64,000 nt of DNA from Bugula neritina (lineage: Eukaryota > Animalia > Bryozoa), in contig OZ037767.1 in NCBI GenBank assembly GCA_964035545.1, positions 11,914,581-11,978,580 on the forward strand, read 5' to 3'. Position 1 is the first letter of the stretch; each line of letters starts with the position of its first letter. Shown here one piece after another: positions 28,701-40,084 of this stretch. Made by a program: the position numbers and the translations under genes. The notes under the pieces were generated by a model that was not told the DNA's origin, made no database searches, and saw only the letters and a program-made list of their open reading frames with translations.

Positions 28701-29970
28701 AACTAAGCATAATTTATTGTTAAAAAATTGTTATTTGTTTGCTGATTGCCTGACAAGTTTGTTTTATGCATGATTGGCTAAGTTTGCTCAATACATATAA
28801 TTTAACCATGAAGTTTTACGGTATCTAATTTCTCTTCCATCAACATAATATATCAACAATGATGTGAAGTTTCTATTATTGTTGACAGGTTTGTTTGAGT
28901 TTTTGAGGTTTTAGGTTTAAAGAATCTCCATGACATTACCAGTGTTAGAGATTACATGCTGAGAATAGAGATAACAACTGGGAGTAATATCACCTATACC
29001 AGTGAATATAAAAAAATTGAAGTTGGTGACCGAAAAAGGGGATACAGGTCAAATCTTTATCTCAATATAATTTTACGAAAACTAAAATCAATATTTTAAA
29101 GTTGCTACATTTTACCAATATAATATGAACTAAATAGTTAATTCTTTCACAAAATGTCAATTATGAGTTATCACAACCTATATCAATCAGAAAAATCTTT
29201 ATTTGCATCTCTAAAAAGTTTATGTATATGAGCTCAATGTGTTTAATAGAAAATCTATGCCAAACTTAGTTAGAAGTTCATTTGACTTCTTCAAAGTTGG
29301 CTTAGTTGGGTATTAAGGCTCAGATCTGTTGATATGTTTTAGTTTCTAAAGTTCAAAGTGTTATTGATTATAATAGCAGCCTATTCAGTCCGGTTACTTT
29401 ACATTGTGATAAAGCGTGTGTGCTTGCCCCTTATAAAGCATGAATTACATTTTACCGAGTTCATATTTGGTAATATTATATTGATGTACCCGCCAATCTT
29501 CTCTTTTATTTATGTAGTTGCAATTTTTTTTATACCCGTAGAAGTTTCTTGTTTTCAACACACTATTATTTCATGATGCATCATGTAAATGGATGATGTG
29601 CTGGCAAAGACTCCAGGGTCAAACTATCCTTAACTGCATGCTGAATATGATTGAAACAGTGCGGGTTTTTTGTAGATTGAAGCTTGGTAATTTCCTCGTG
29701 CCTTCCAATCAAACTCTGTCATCTGGAGACTATCTCTCATCCCATAATGGTGGATTATTCCAAACCAGAGATTTCGCTCTGCTCCGAAACAACTGTGCCA
29801 GATTGTACAAAACAGGATTTTGGTTTAAAGACTGTTGGTCAAGCCTAAACCTGAATGGCCCTTACATAACAAGAAAGAACAAATCTGGTATTCACTGGGC
29901 TAAAAGCAATCCTAATAAAATGGTCTTTGTGTGGAAAACCGAAATGATGATCAAATCTTTAGCCAGTTAA
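25775..29970 (+). CDS. Secreted fibrinogen-related domain (FReD) protein with long N-terminal pro-region
   Basis: Exons 25775-26393, 27566-27733, 28395-28505, 28915-29047 and 29676-29970 are in phase. Motifs: GEWTIIQRRVNGDVNF, YEEGFG, GEYWLGLKNLH, LRIEI, NCA...GFWFKDC...NLNG, TEMMIK. A probable 5'UTR exon donor lies at 25381. Confidence 0.92.
27960..28050 (-). mobile_element. Decayed tRNA-derived SINE fragment
   Basis: The minus strand reads tggcatagtgattagagtgc...gagttcaaacgccattgctgatgccaagaagagcatttgg, homologous to the SINE at 52351. Confidence 0.55.
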
Positions 29971-30650
29971 TAACATGTCAATCTAACAATTTATGTTAAC
30001 CTTCATCCTATCGATATATTTACATACAAATTTTACCAACTGCATGGGGTTCATTTGGACCCCCAAGTATACAATATGTGAATTCTTTTGAATAAGTATT
30101 GACAACAAACAACATTTTTAGTCAGAACTTATTTTATTAATTAAAATGAAAAACCTATAACCATACAAACTGCTCATTAGCAGCAGTTAGTCTATTCTAT
30201 CTAAGCCATAATTATTAGAACATGATGCCCTTAAAAATAAGCACAGTTTCATATTGTAATAATTCTGGCGATTATTATTGAGTGTGGATTTCGTACATAC
30301 AATGGTATTTTATCCAATCAACTATTCAAATAAATTACTCAGCTGCTAGCGTAAATAAAGAACTATATTTATCATATATACATAAAATATAAGAAAGAGA
30401 CACATCCAGTATCTAAGCCACATTCACCGTCTAGTTAAAACCTGCTACCTTTATCAACATACTACTCTTAACTAACTATACAGTCCTCTGGAAACATTCT
30501 GCTCCTCAGGGGGTAGTCACGTGCTTCAACAATATTGGCTATTATGAACGTGCACGATATGTACGCTTCGCTAGCCACTACACCGCCCCCTCCAGCAGGG
30601 AGCCCACTTCCTGCTAAACTCAAAGTGGGGAAAGAAGCGTACTACACAAA

Positions 30651-30658
<8 letters not shown>

Positions 30659-30714
<56 letters not shown>

Positions 30715-30717
30715 TTT

Positions 30718-30756
<39 letters not shown>

Positions 30757-30759
30757 TTT

Positions 30760-30808
<49 letters not shown>
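30659..30808. repeat. (TA)n microsatellite with a duplicated aatattttttgtgt interruption
   Basis: Directly visible. Confidence 0.95.
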
Positions 30809-30810
<2 letters not shown>

Positions 30811-31346
30811 GTTTTTGCTCTAAGCTAACAAAAATTAAAAATTACATCTAAATAATCAAGGTTCTTTTAATTTTGCCTAATTATCCATGCTTTTTCCTAA
30901 TTATTCAGCTAATTTGGATTTGCTGACAATCACAACAAACAGTGAGGGTCCAATTTCGAGTGTGTACTAAATTAGGTAAAGTAACCGTTATAGAATTATT
31001 AGCATTGGTTCACCTTTTACAAGGGGCTGTTCAATTTACCCTTCCCAAGTAAAATCTTTATGCATTTAGTTTTAATGGACAAAGGCAACAACATATGACT
31101 GCATTTTATGGTGCTGGTCTTTGGATTGGCAAGGAGAATAATTTCTTCAAAACTTATGCTTAAAACCGCTATTTTTGGTTCAACTAGCCCCACCCTCACC
31201 TATCAGTTTTAGTAAAACTATAATTATGAACATATATAGTCTTAAGTAATATCTGATGCAAAAGTAAAGGAGTAGTAATGTATTAGTATTGTTCATTAAA
31301 CATTAGAGACTGTACAAGAGCTGCAATGGAAGTGAGTCTGGGTTAA

Positions 31347-33383
31347 AGGATTGCTCTATCTTAGTTTATTACAATCACATTATAATTATGAACTATAATC
31401 TAATGTGTATGCAAACAATTGTGACTTTGCAAAGGGATATATGCCTAGAAAACAGCTTTTCAAAATTCCAATTTTGAAGGAGGTAAAATTTTCAGCCATG
31501 AAAAAGAATAGCCTAATACGTGACGTGTGAACGCCAGTAACTATGCTGCACGTGCTAACTATAACGCTAGTATTCAAGGTTGCTGAGCGCAACATCAACC
31601 AATAACGCTCAAGCAGTTACAGTGCGCTATATAGGTCAGCTTTGGTGTGCCCGTAATATTGCACAATCTGACCTAGTTTAGATCAATCGCAGGCATTCAT
31701 CCTAAAGAATGCATGTTTTTGCAATGCTTTTTTCTATGTTTACAAGCAAAATATTGTAATGGATTTTAGATTATGTTATTATCGAAAGGATAACTCTTTG
31801 TGGCTTACTCTCTATACGCTGGGCATAATGGCTATAAGTACTGGAGATCAATTATCATAATAGCTGACAATTGGAATGCGTACAATCTGCTGGACAATTA
31901 TTGCTAGTTACTAATGCACGCAGTTAAACAAGGCAAGACTAATTAAATGGAATCAACAACTGTAGGAGGCGTAGATGGTTTGCACTGGCAGTTAGCTGCT
32001 TAGTAGCAGATGCTAGTGTTACCCCTCATTCACACTTACCGTATCGTACGCCGTAACAGCAAAAATAAAATGGCGACGCTGTTGCATTTTGTCAACGGGT
32101 GTTCACACATTGCCGTAAAAGTACAATGCATGACGTTGAGCTGTGACCAATCATAATAAAGCCAACTCTTGTCTGCGATGATTTGAACGCCTTTGAATAT
32201 TGTTTACAAATTATTCGCAACATTCTTATCAAAAGATGTTATATAAATGCTATTTACTAAAAAAAGCAATTACATGAAAAGAATCTTTCTTTCAAAAATA
32301 TCCGTTTTTAAAATAATTGTGGAAACTAATTTAAATAATGAATATTTAAGCCGTCCAAATCAGTTTTAAGTTTTTGGTTTGCTCGATTTTGTGATTAGGG
32401 AAAGCTAGATTTTTAAGCTGAGTTTAATTCAAACAAGCCGGATAAAGATTTTTTAATCTTTTAAAACTTTTGAATTGGTTAAATTAAATCAAAAATAAGC
32501 GAATAAAATAAACTAGCGAAAATTTTCTTTAAATTTTAGTACCAGACCAACTCTACCCAATAGGAGCCCGCCGTGATTTTTTGAATCAAGCACTGCTTGA
32601 TCAGCGCCGCAACGTATACCGGAGTACGATTTATCCCGGATGTTTACAAAAATCGCTAAAATTTGCTGTTACGGCGTACGGTACGGTAAGTGTGAATAGG
32701 GGGAATATCTTACAGTCGACAGTGGCACCACTAACGCTAGCCAATCAGGACAGTCACACTAATTGATAGCAGGTGGAGCTAGCTACTCGTAGTTGCAGTG
32801 CGCTGAGTAGCTAGCCGGCAGAGCAGCTTGGGACTTCATTTAGAGTAGTTGTGTATTAAAGCTCGCTAATTATGTAATCGTTTTCTATTCATGCTAGCAG
32901 TAAATAACCTTCTTGTATTTGTGTAAATAATAAAGTATCTTATCGTAAACAACCTGGTGCAGTGGCTTTGATTAAGTAGACCCACACATAATAATAGTGA
33001 ACTGGCAAAATTCACTACAATATGGCCTAATGTTATCACATACATGTTACTTAACATGTCAAAAAACTATAGATTGAGGTAATTCACATTTGCACTTCTA
33101 TAAATATACAAATTACGAGCTGAAAGATCACATCTCACAGTCATATTTCTATAGTTATTCATTTGTATAGTCACGTGACCAGCAAGAATGCTGGCGCTGT
33201 TACGTCACATTTCCCAGCTCATTTCAAAATCGGCGTTTTGGCTGTTACCAATCTACACCCTCAACTTCAACTAACTTTTTCTACCTTTGGTCAAATGATT
33301 TTTGTCAATGCATGCTTAGAAAAACACAATATTATGTGTGTTTGACCTAAATGGCCATTTATTAGACAAGATAGAGCAATCCT
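31347..33383. mobile_element. Non-autonomous TTAA-targeting DNA transposon (Kolobok-like)
   Basis: Perfect 16-bp TIR AGGATTGCTCTATCTT / AAGATAGAGCAATCCT, flanked by TTAA at 31343-31346 and 33384-33387. Purine-purine termini; no transposase ORF. Confidence 0.8.
32022..32703. mobile_element. MITE (PIF/Harbinger-like) nested inside the Kolobok-like element
   Basis: ~42-bp TIR cccctcattcacacttaccgtatcgtacgccgtaacagcaaa / tttgctgttacggcgtacggtacggtaagtgtgaataggggg. The TSD is not clean, so the family call is tentative. Confidence 0.7.
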
Positions 33384-33835
33384 TTAAGAGTGCTGCAAAT
33401 AGTGAGCAGAATAATCTATATACTATTCCAAATATTGAATGGCTGTCACAGTTGAGTACCAGGTGACCGTACGCTAATGGTATCAACAAACTGCTATGTT
33501 AAATGGTTGGAGCTGCTTTCCTATAGATGACGATGTTTGATGAATCTAGAGAAAACAATGCACTGCTAACCAGATAGCAACAAATGCTGTGATGAATTGT
33601 ATGTTTTAAATTGGTTATAAAAAGTTTCACCTGTGCACAAAAAGTATATTTAAGGCTAATGCAAATATTGCAACATGCATTGCAGTAACTTCTGAAAACA
33701 TGATTTGCTATGCTGATCAACTTATAATGCATATGTATATATTTGCACATTATTTGTAATTTTTACTGTTAATTTTGAGTAGGCCTACAGCAATATTATT
33801 ATTTTGCATAATACCTCAAGCAGATTTTATTTTTC

Positions 33836-36800
33836 TCAATCAGAAGTAGCCAATCTTCTTCCTTTCTTGCACTTTCTTTTCTTGTAGACAATATGAGGTG
33901 CTGATATAAAATTGTGTATCTTTTTCCAAACTCTTTGCATCTTTTTCTCACTATACTCATACTTGAAATATACACATAATATTTTGACTCTATAAAAAGT
34001 TTTTTTTGATAACAAGCAGCAAACAACAAAACTGCAAAAGTATTTCTTGTAGTTATTTTTAATTGAACGCCATTAGCTGGTATCATTTGGAAAACAAAAA
34101 ACAAAAAAATTTAATGCTTCCCTGTATTAATAGAATTATCAGTTTGAAACCTGGCCAGTAGGTGCTGCACTTTTTGTGCTTTACTCTGATATGGAAAAAT
34201 ATAGCATGAATCTAAAGCAGTCAGGAGTACAAACTTTTAGATATGAGTCCATAATTAGGATAGCAAATAGCTACTTTTGCTTTTGAAGCCTGCAAAAAAT
34301 TTTATTTATTGCTGGCTATCACAATGTGAAAAAAGTTAGAGAGGCCAGATTTTAGATAGGAATGCATTATGCCAGAATTCATCTAAAAATAAACTTGACT
34401 CGCCTTTACAGTAACATCCATTTCAGATATATCACTGAATGTTTAATTGCAATAGTGAACTAGCACCTCTTGATTTGGATAGGTGTGCAACTTAGAATGT
34501 GTTATTTGGTGAATTATACAAAATTAACACTCACCATATTGATCACATTTGTGTTTGAAGTAAGAAGAGAGGTCATTGGTGATTTAATTATATCTTCATT
34601 GAGCTCTTCTAGGATTAGTACAAGTATTCTGTTAGGCTGATAGATATTCACATTATCCTCCATACTAGCACCTAAAAAGATGCTCAATGTTTCAGCTTGA
34701 ATTTACTTTGAATGATAATATAAGGAAATTGCTGTAATAGTTCGAACAAAAGTCTTCCTTGTTTTTCTAAATGTTTTCAGCATAAATGTTAGGCAATCTA
34801 ATTTATTGAGCTCACTAAGATATTTTTTAACTTTCTGAGTGAAGGCCAATTTTCTAATTTTACAGATTAAATCTTTTAACAACTCCTACAAAATGCTATA
34901 GTCATATGATAATAGATAACTAAGGTGCAACAGCAATACATTTGTATCGACACATTTTCACAGTACTACAGTGATACAGTAATTAATTGCTGCAATAATA
35001 CCGTAATTAGTACATTATCACAGTAATATAGTAGCATCATATTACAATAATATAGTAAAACATTATTACAGTAATACAGTATCACCACACTTCAGTGATA
35101 TAAGCAATATTATAGATGAAAGTCAAAAGTCAAAGTCTGGAAAAATTTGTGGGGGGGGGGGAATTTACTCTAACAAAAGCTACTACTAATTATTTTAATG
35201 TCCAACATGCCATGGTTCTTCAAGTTTCAAAGCCTTATAAAGTAGGATACTAAGAAAAAATGGCAAAGTGATTTTTTCAACTTTGAGGCAAAATAAGTTA
35301 GAAAAAAATAATGACTATTGAGTTCTAACGACATAAGTATAGATACTTGTGAGCTGTATCTGTAAAAACATAAACCAGGTGACACGTTACAGTAATACAA
35401 TAATACCGTGATGCATTATTGTAGTGTTACAGGAAAGAAGTTTTATATAGAATTGCAACAATCCAGTCATTTGCATTTAAATCCTAGATGTTAAAAATGG
35501 ACAGTGATTATATGGTTACATGCAAGTAAGATATACAATATTTCAAAAATATTCTTTTGAAACAAACAAAAAACCTGCTAGAAACTCTGTTTGGTAAAGA
35601 CAGGCTGGACTCAGGAGGTATGAGTTTGAGAGAAGAATTATTATCTTTCTGCTCTTCTGTACTGTCTCACATAGCTCACGGAATGTGTTGGCACCAGGCT
35701 CAGAGTCTCGATCAGTTATGAACAGATTCAGTTTCTGTAAAATAAAAATTAAGAGCAAATTAGAAGCTCACTGTAGTTATGTTAAATTTTATTCAAAGCA
35801 GTACATGGAAATCAAATCTGGTCAGTCACTCATGGGATGGAAGATAGGATATACACGACAAAACTGAAAATGCTGAGGCACATCTTTAGAATCAATTGTG
35901 AGAAGCAAGTTGAAAATGAGTTGATCAGAAAGCAGACTGAGTAAAAGAAAGATGAACAAAACATTGGAGGAGAAGACGTCTGCAGTAGTTTGGGCATGTT
36001 GGCAGAAAATAAGACAACGGTATTTACCTCTTTTTCAACATAGAGATCACAAGTATACAAAGAAGAAAAAGACCTTGACAGGTGCCGTAAAATTTAACAA
36101 GAAGCCATAGGTTTTTAAACAAGAAGATGTCAACAGCCGAGTCAGATAGCGATCGCTGATTGACCTTGAAGCCTACATTACAGCTACCCATGCAGAGCTA
36201 CAGTTGCTTGGGTGAGATAGATGACAAAGTACAGTTTTATAGAAAATATGTTTGTGACAAAACCAAAAAGAAGCATGTTATGAAAAACTATCAATTTATT
36301 AAAGTGAATGGTTAGCATGGGTGATATTTTCAAATCTGACAGGTAATTTAATTTAGGCTGTTTACTCACATTTACACTCTCATTTTCTTCTATATGAGGG
36401 ATGAGATGCTGTACCACCCACTGAGTGTCTGCTTCACTCTGCCTGTTGTATGACACCAGGGCATCATACTCACACTGCTGTTCAAACTTTACTTCCTTAA
36501 TTTTTCTTGTCATAGCTCTTAATACTAAGCTACAATGACTGATATACCAGCGATACTTGTAGCAGGGAAGGGCTATGATTAGGCTAACAGCTATCCCAGT
36601 TAACGCAGCACTTATGATTAATAAAGGAGTTTTAATGAAACAGCGAAATTGATCTGGCTGGTAGTCAATAACTCTCATAGTAATACTTTTATTGCTTGCC
36701 TCAGGTGGAGTGCATCTTATGTTTTTGGGTAACACTACAATAGATGAATTTTTGATCCAGTTCTTTAAATCGTTGGTACACGTGCAAATAAGTGGGTTGT

Positions 36801-38694
36801 CATTAATTGCAAATATCCCAATGTACTTAAAGTCTCGTGATAAACTGTCAAGCAAGTCATTAGATATTGAAGTAATGGCGTTGTCTTGTAGATATATATA
36901 ATTGAGAGCCTTCAGTCCTTGAATATTAGATTGATCAAAAAAAGATAGAAAGTTAGAGCTATAGTCTAAAGCTCTCAACTTTGGACATAAATTAGGTAGG
37001 TTAGGTGGCAGTGTACTGATTCTGTTTCCACTCAACATAAGTATTGTTAGGTGCGGCATGTTTTCAAACAAGTATCTTGGAATATACTTAATTTGATTGT
37101 AGGATAAGCCTAAAGTTCTTAATTGTGGTAATCTAGCAAGAGCACGGAAGTTTGTTTCTGCCATTTTCCCGATGTGATTATTAGCCAAATGGAGAATTCG
37201 AAATGTTGAGCATATCTTTGAAATATCAATTAGTTTATTGTTTTCCATGTACAATGCCCCAAGGTAAGGCATAACTCCACAAATGGTTCCTCCACCTGCA
37301 TCTGAAAACCTGGTTATATAGTTATTATTCAATGTGAGATGCCTTATTTTAGTATGCTTATAGTTAGTTTTAGTAAAAGAGTCATCAAATATTGGAATAA
37401 CCTCAAGAAGATTGCTATCTAAATACAAAGTACCAAGTTCTGGAAAGTTGTCAAGCAAACTTGACAAATCATATGGTATAGCAGAATTAATTCCAATACC
37501 AATGATGTTTAACACTTTTAATTTTGAAATGAAGGTTTTATTGCTGTACAACTTAAACTTACGAGGTCCTAGAAGATTCCCGCGCAATGAGAAATCTACT
37601 AATTTTTTTAAAGATTCAAAAGCATTTTTTTCAAATGATGAAATTCCGCACCAGCCAATATACAGAGTATGAATATTAGTCAACCCTTCAAATGTTGACT
37701 TTATGAGACTAGGGCCAAAAATCTTATCGCTGAATCTGGTGTCGAGAAGTGACAGTTTTGGTAATGTCTTCAGACCTAAAAGTGAAAAATGATTTAAAAA
37801 ACAAGATGTGTTAGCTTGCTGAGTTGTTGTCCAATATTGTATGGAAAGAAGAGCCAGTCTTTTAGGTAGATGGTGAAACAGATTGGCTGCATTTGCCGGG
37901 CAGTTCCTAAATATAGGTATGTTGTCAATAAAAAGATTAGTGAGATTTTCAAGTGATGTAAGAATTTTCTCACTGGCAGAGAATATGTTAGATTCACTCA
38001 AATAAATAGTAGTAAGGTTTTTTAAAGGAGCAAAGAAACTTTCACTGATGTCCCTACAATCATCATGGTTTCTGCCAAAGCCTATTAATTTTAATGTCAA
38101 AAGCTGCGTTAAACTTTCAAATTCCGGTGAAATGGTGGATTTATTTGTTCTACAACTATCTAAGGGATTGTGAGAAAAGTCCATTTTTCTCACATTAACA
38201 AGTTCTTGAAAAACATTTGTTGGAAACGATATAAGTTGATTGCTTGGAAAATAAAAGTAACGAATTCGGTGGTGATGATGGAAAAGGTTGTTTGGCAGTC
38301 TTGATAGCTTGGAGCCAGTCACCTTGATTAAGTATAGATCTTGCAAATGTGCAAATGTTCGAGAAGCAATTGAAACTATGTTCTTGCCTTCAATTGTTAT
38401 TGTCTTCAAGTTCAACAAATGCTGAAATGTTGAAGAACGTAGCTCTACGGGCGCACCAATGTAGGTAAGAGTTAGATATCGAGTGGTAGAGGTGAGATGT
38501 CTAGGTACCACTTCCTTAGGATTACTGGTAGTACAGATAGCATTGTGTATATTACACTTTGAGCATTCCTCTATTCCACAGAGTCCAGTTTTGCAAAGTT
38601 TATCATCATTTTCACAGAATCTTTGTACCGCCAAACTTTCCTTACCAATAATGATGGTCCAAACCCAAAACAGTACTTGATATGACAGCTTCAT
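33836..38694 (-). CDS. Toll-like receptor B, paralog of TLR A in convergent orientation
   Basis: Exons 38694-36370, 35734-35575, 34671-34535 and 33961-33836 (~915 aa). Intron positions and phases and internal exon lengths (160 and 137 nt) equal those of TLR A. Last exon reads YEYSEKKMQRVWKKIHNFISAP... Confidence 0.95.
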
Positions 38695-40084
38695 GTTCTA
38701 AATTCTAAAATGTTTCGCGCCAACCCTTTAACTGCAAGCACAAACTTAAACTCTGGTAAAAATAACAACATGCTGAAAATCTATGTGGGCATTATAAAAT
38801 AGCTCCTCAACAATAGTTATTCTGTAGTACAATTTACACCATGATAACTGTATTGTAAGGTTTGAATACTTATCAGTACCAATTCGCTTAAGCTTCTATT
38901 CAAAACTCTTACAACTTAAGCCTGGTAGTGAACAGTAAAATGATGCAGTTGCATTCACACTCAATTTACTATTATCCTACCTAACACAACAAACAGCTAA
39001 GAATATATAACAATTTACACCAGTGAGCACTTATTGTCACTTACTGTGTTGAAGTATGCGTTTGATGAGTTTTTCTAGTATTTTCTCTCACCACTCTGGG
39101 CATTACCTTTATGCACAGAATATCAACTAAATGTAATAATACTTACACATATCATAACTCATATGCAGTTTAGCTTTCAAATTTAAGCATAAGGTGTTCA
39201 CCTGATTGGTTGGAAGCTAAAATTCACCGACTGATACTATCAGCCAATACAGTAAACACAGACATTCAATATGAGAGGCTATGACACTGTAGTATACAAG
39301 ACTTATGTCAGTAGTTCCGAGTAAAAGTCTATCTAAAATAAACAACATATATGCAAAAGGCAAATTGGCTACAAAGCTGATCATTGCAAAATAATGATAA
39401 AGATTGTCATCCAGTGACACTTGCAGCACAGGTGCTTTAGTTAGCATGCAATAAAAGCTATACTTACATTCACCACTAAAGCATTGGCCAGTCGACTGAC
39501 AGAATGTTTAGTTTCACATGTTGCTGTTATGTACATGTAGCTTGTACCTCCAACAGTGTTGTTTTTAGAAATTTATTGGGGGAAAGTCGACTGTGATCTA
39601 TTGAACGTATTAGTGATTTAGATCGAGATGAGAATACCATGTGTATTAGATGGCGTCAGGCACTTGATTTAAAACAAACTAATTTCAGTGAAGACTTGTA
39701 GACAAGATGATAGCTTTTTTCATTTGGATGAAACTTCCTTAATTTCTGTGTAAGGCATTCCATAATAAATACCATCAATTCTTGGTGGTTGATAGTGCTA
39801 CTATTTGATAAAATTGGTATGGCTATTGAATTTTCACACCCATGAACCTTCATTTTCATTTCTCAAATGTCAAACTATTCATTCAGTTAACTAGCAAAGG
39901 ATAGAAGTGTTTATATAGAGGTGTCGTGATAGGCAACTGCTCCACTTGTAGTGCGAATGACTGAGCATGTAAATCCTTACTAACTAGTCAATCAGTGGGA
40001 GTAATCAAAGTGATAATTTATTGTAATATAAATATACATCATATGTACAACTGTAATGACAATACACCAACAAGACACAATCCG

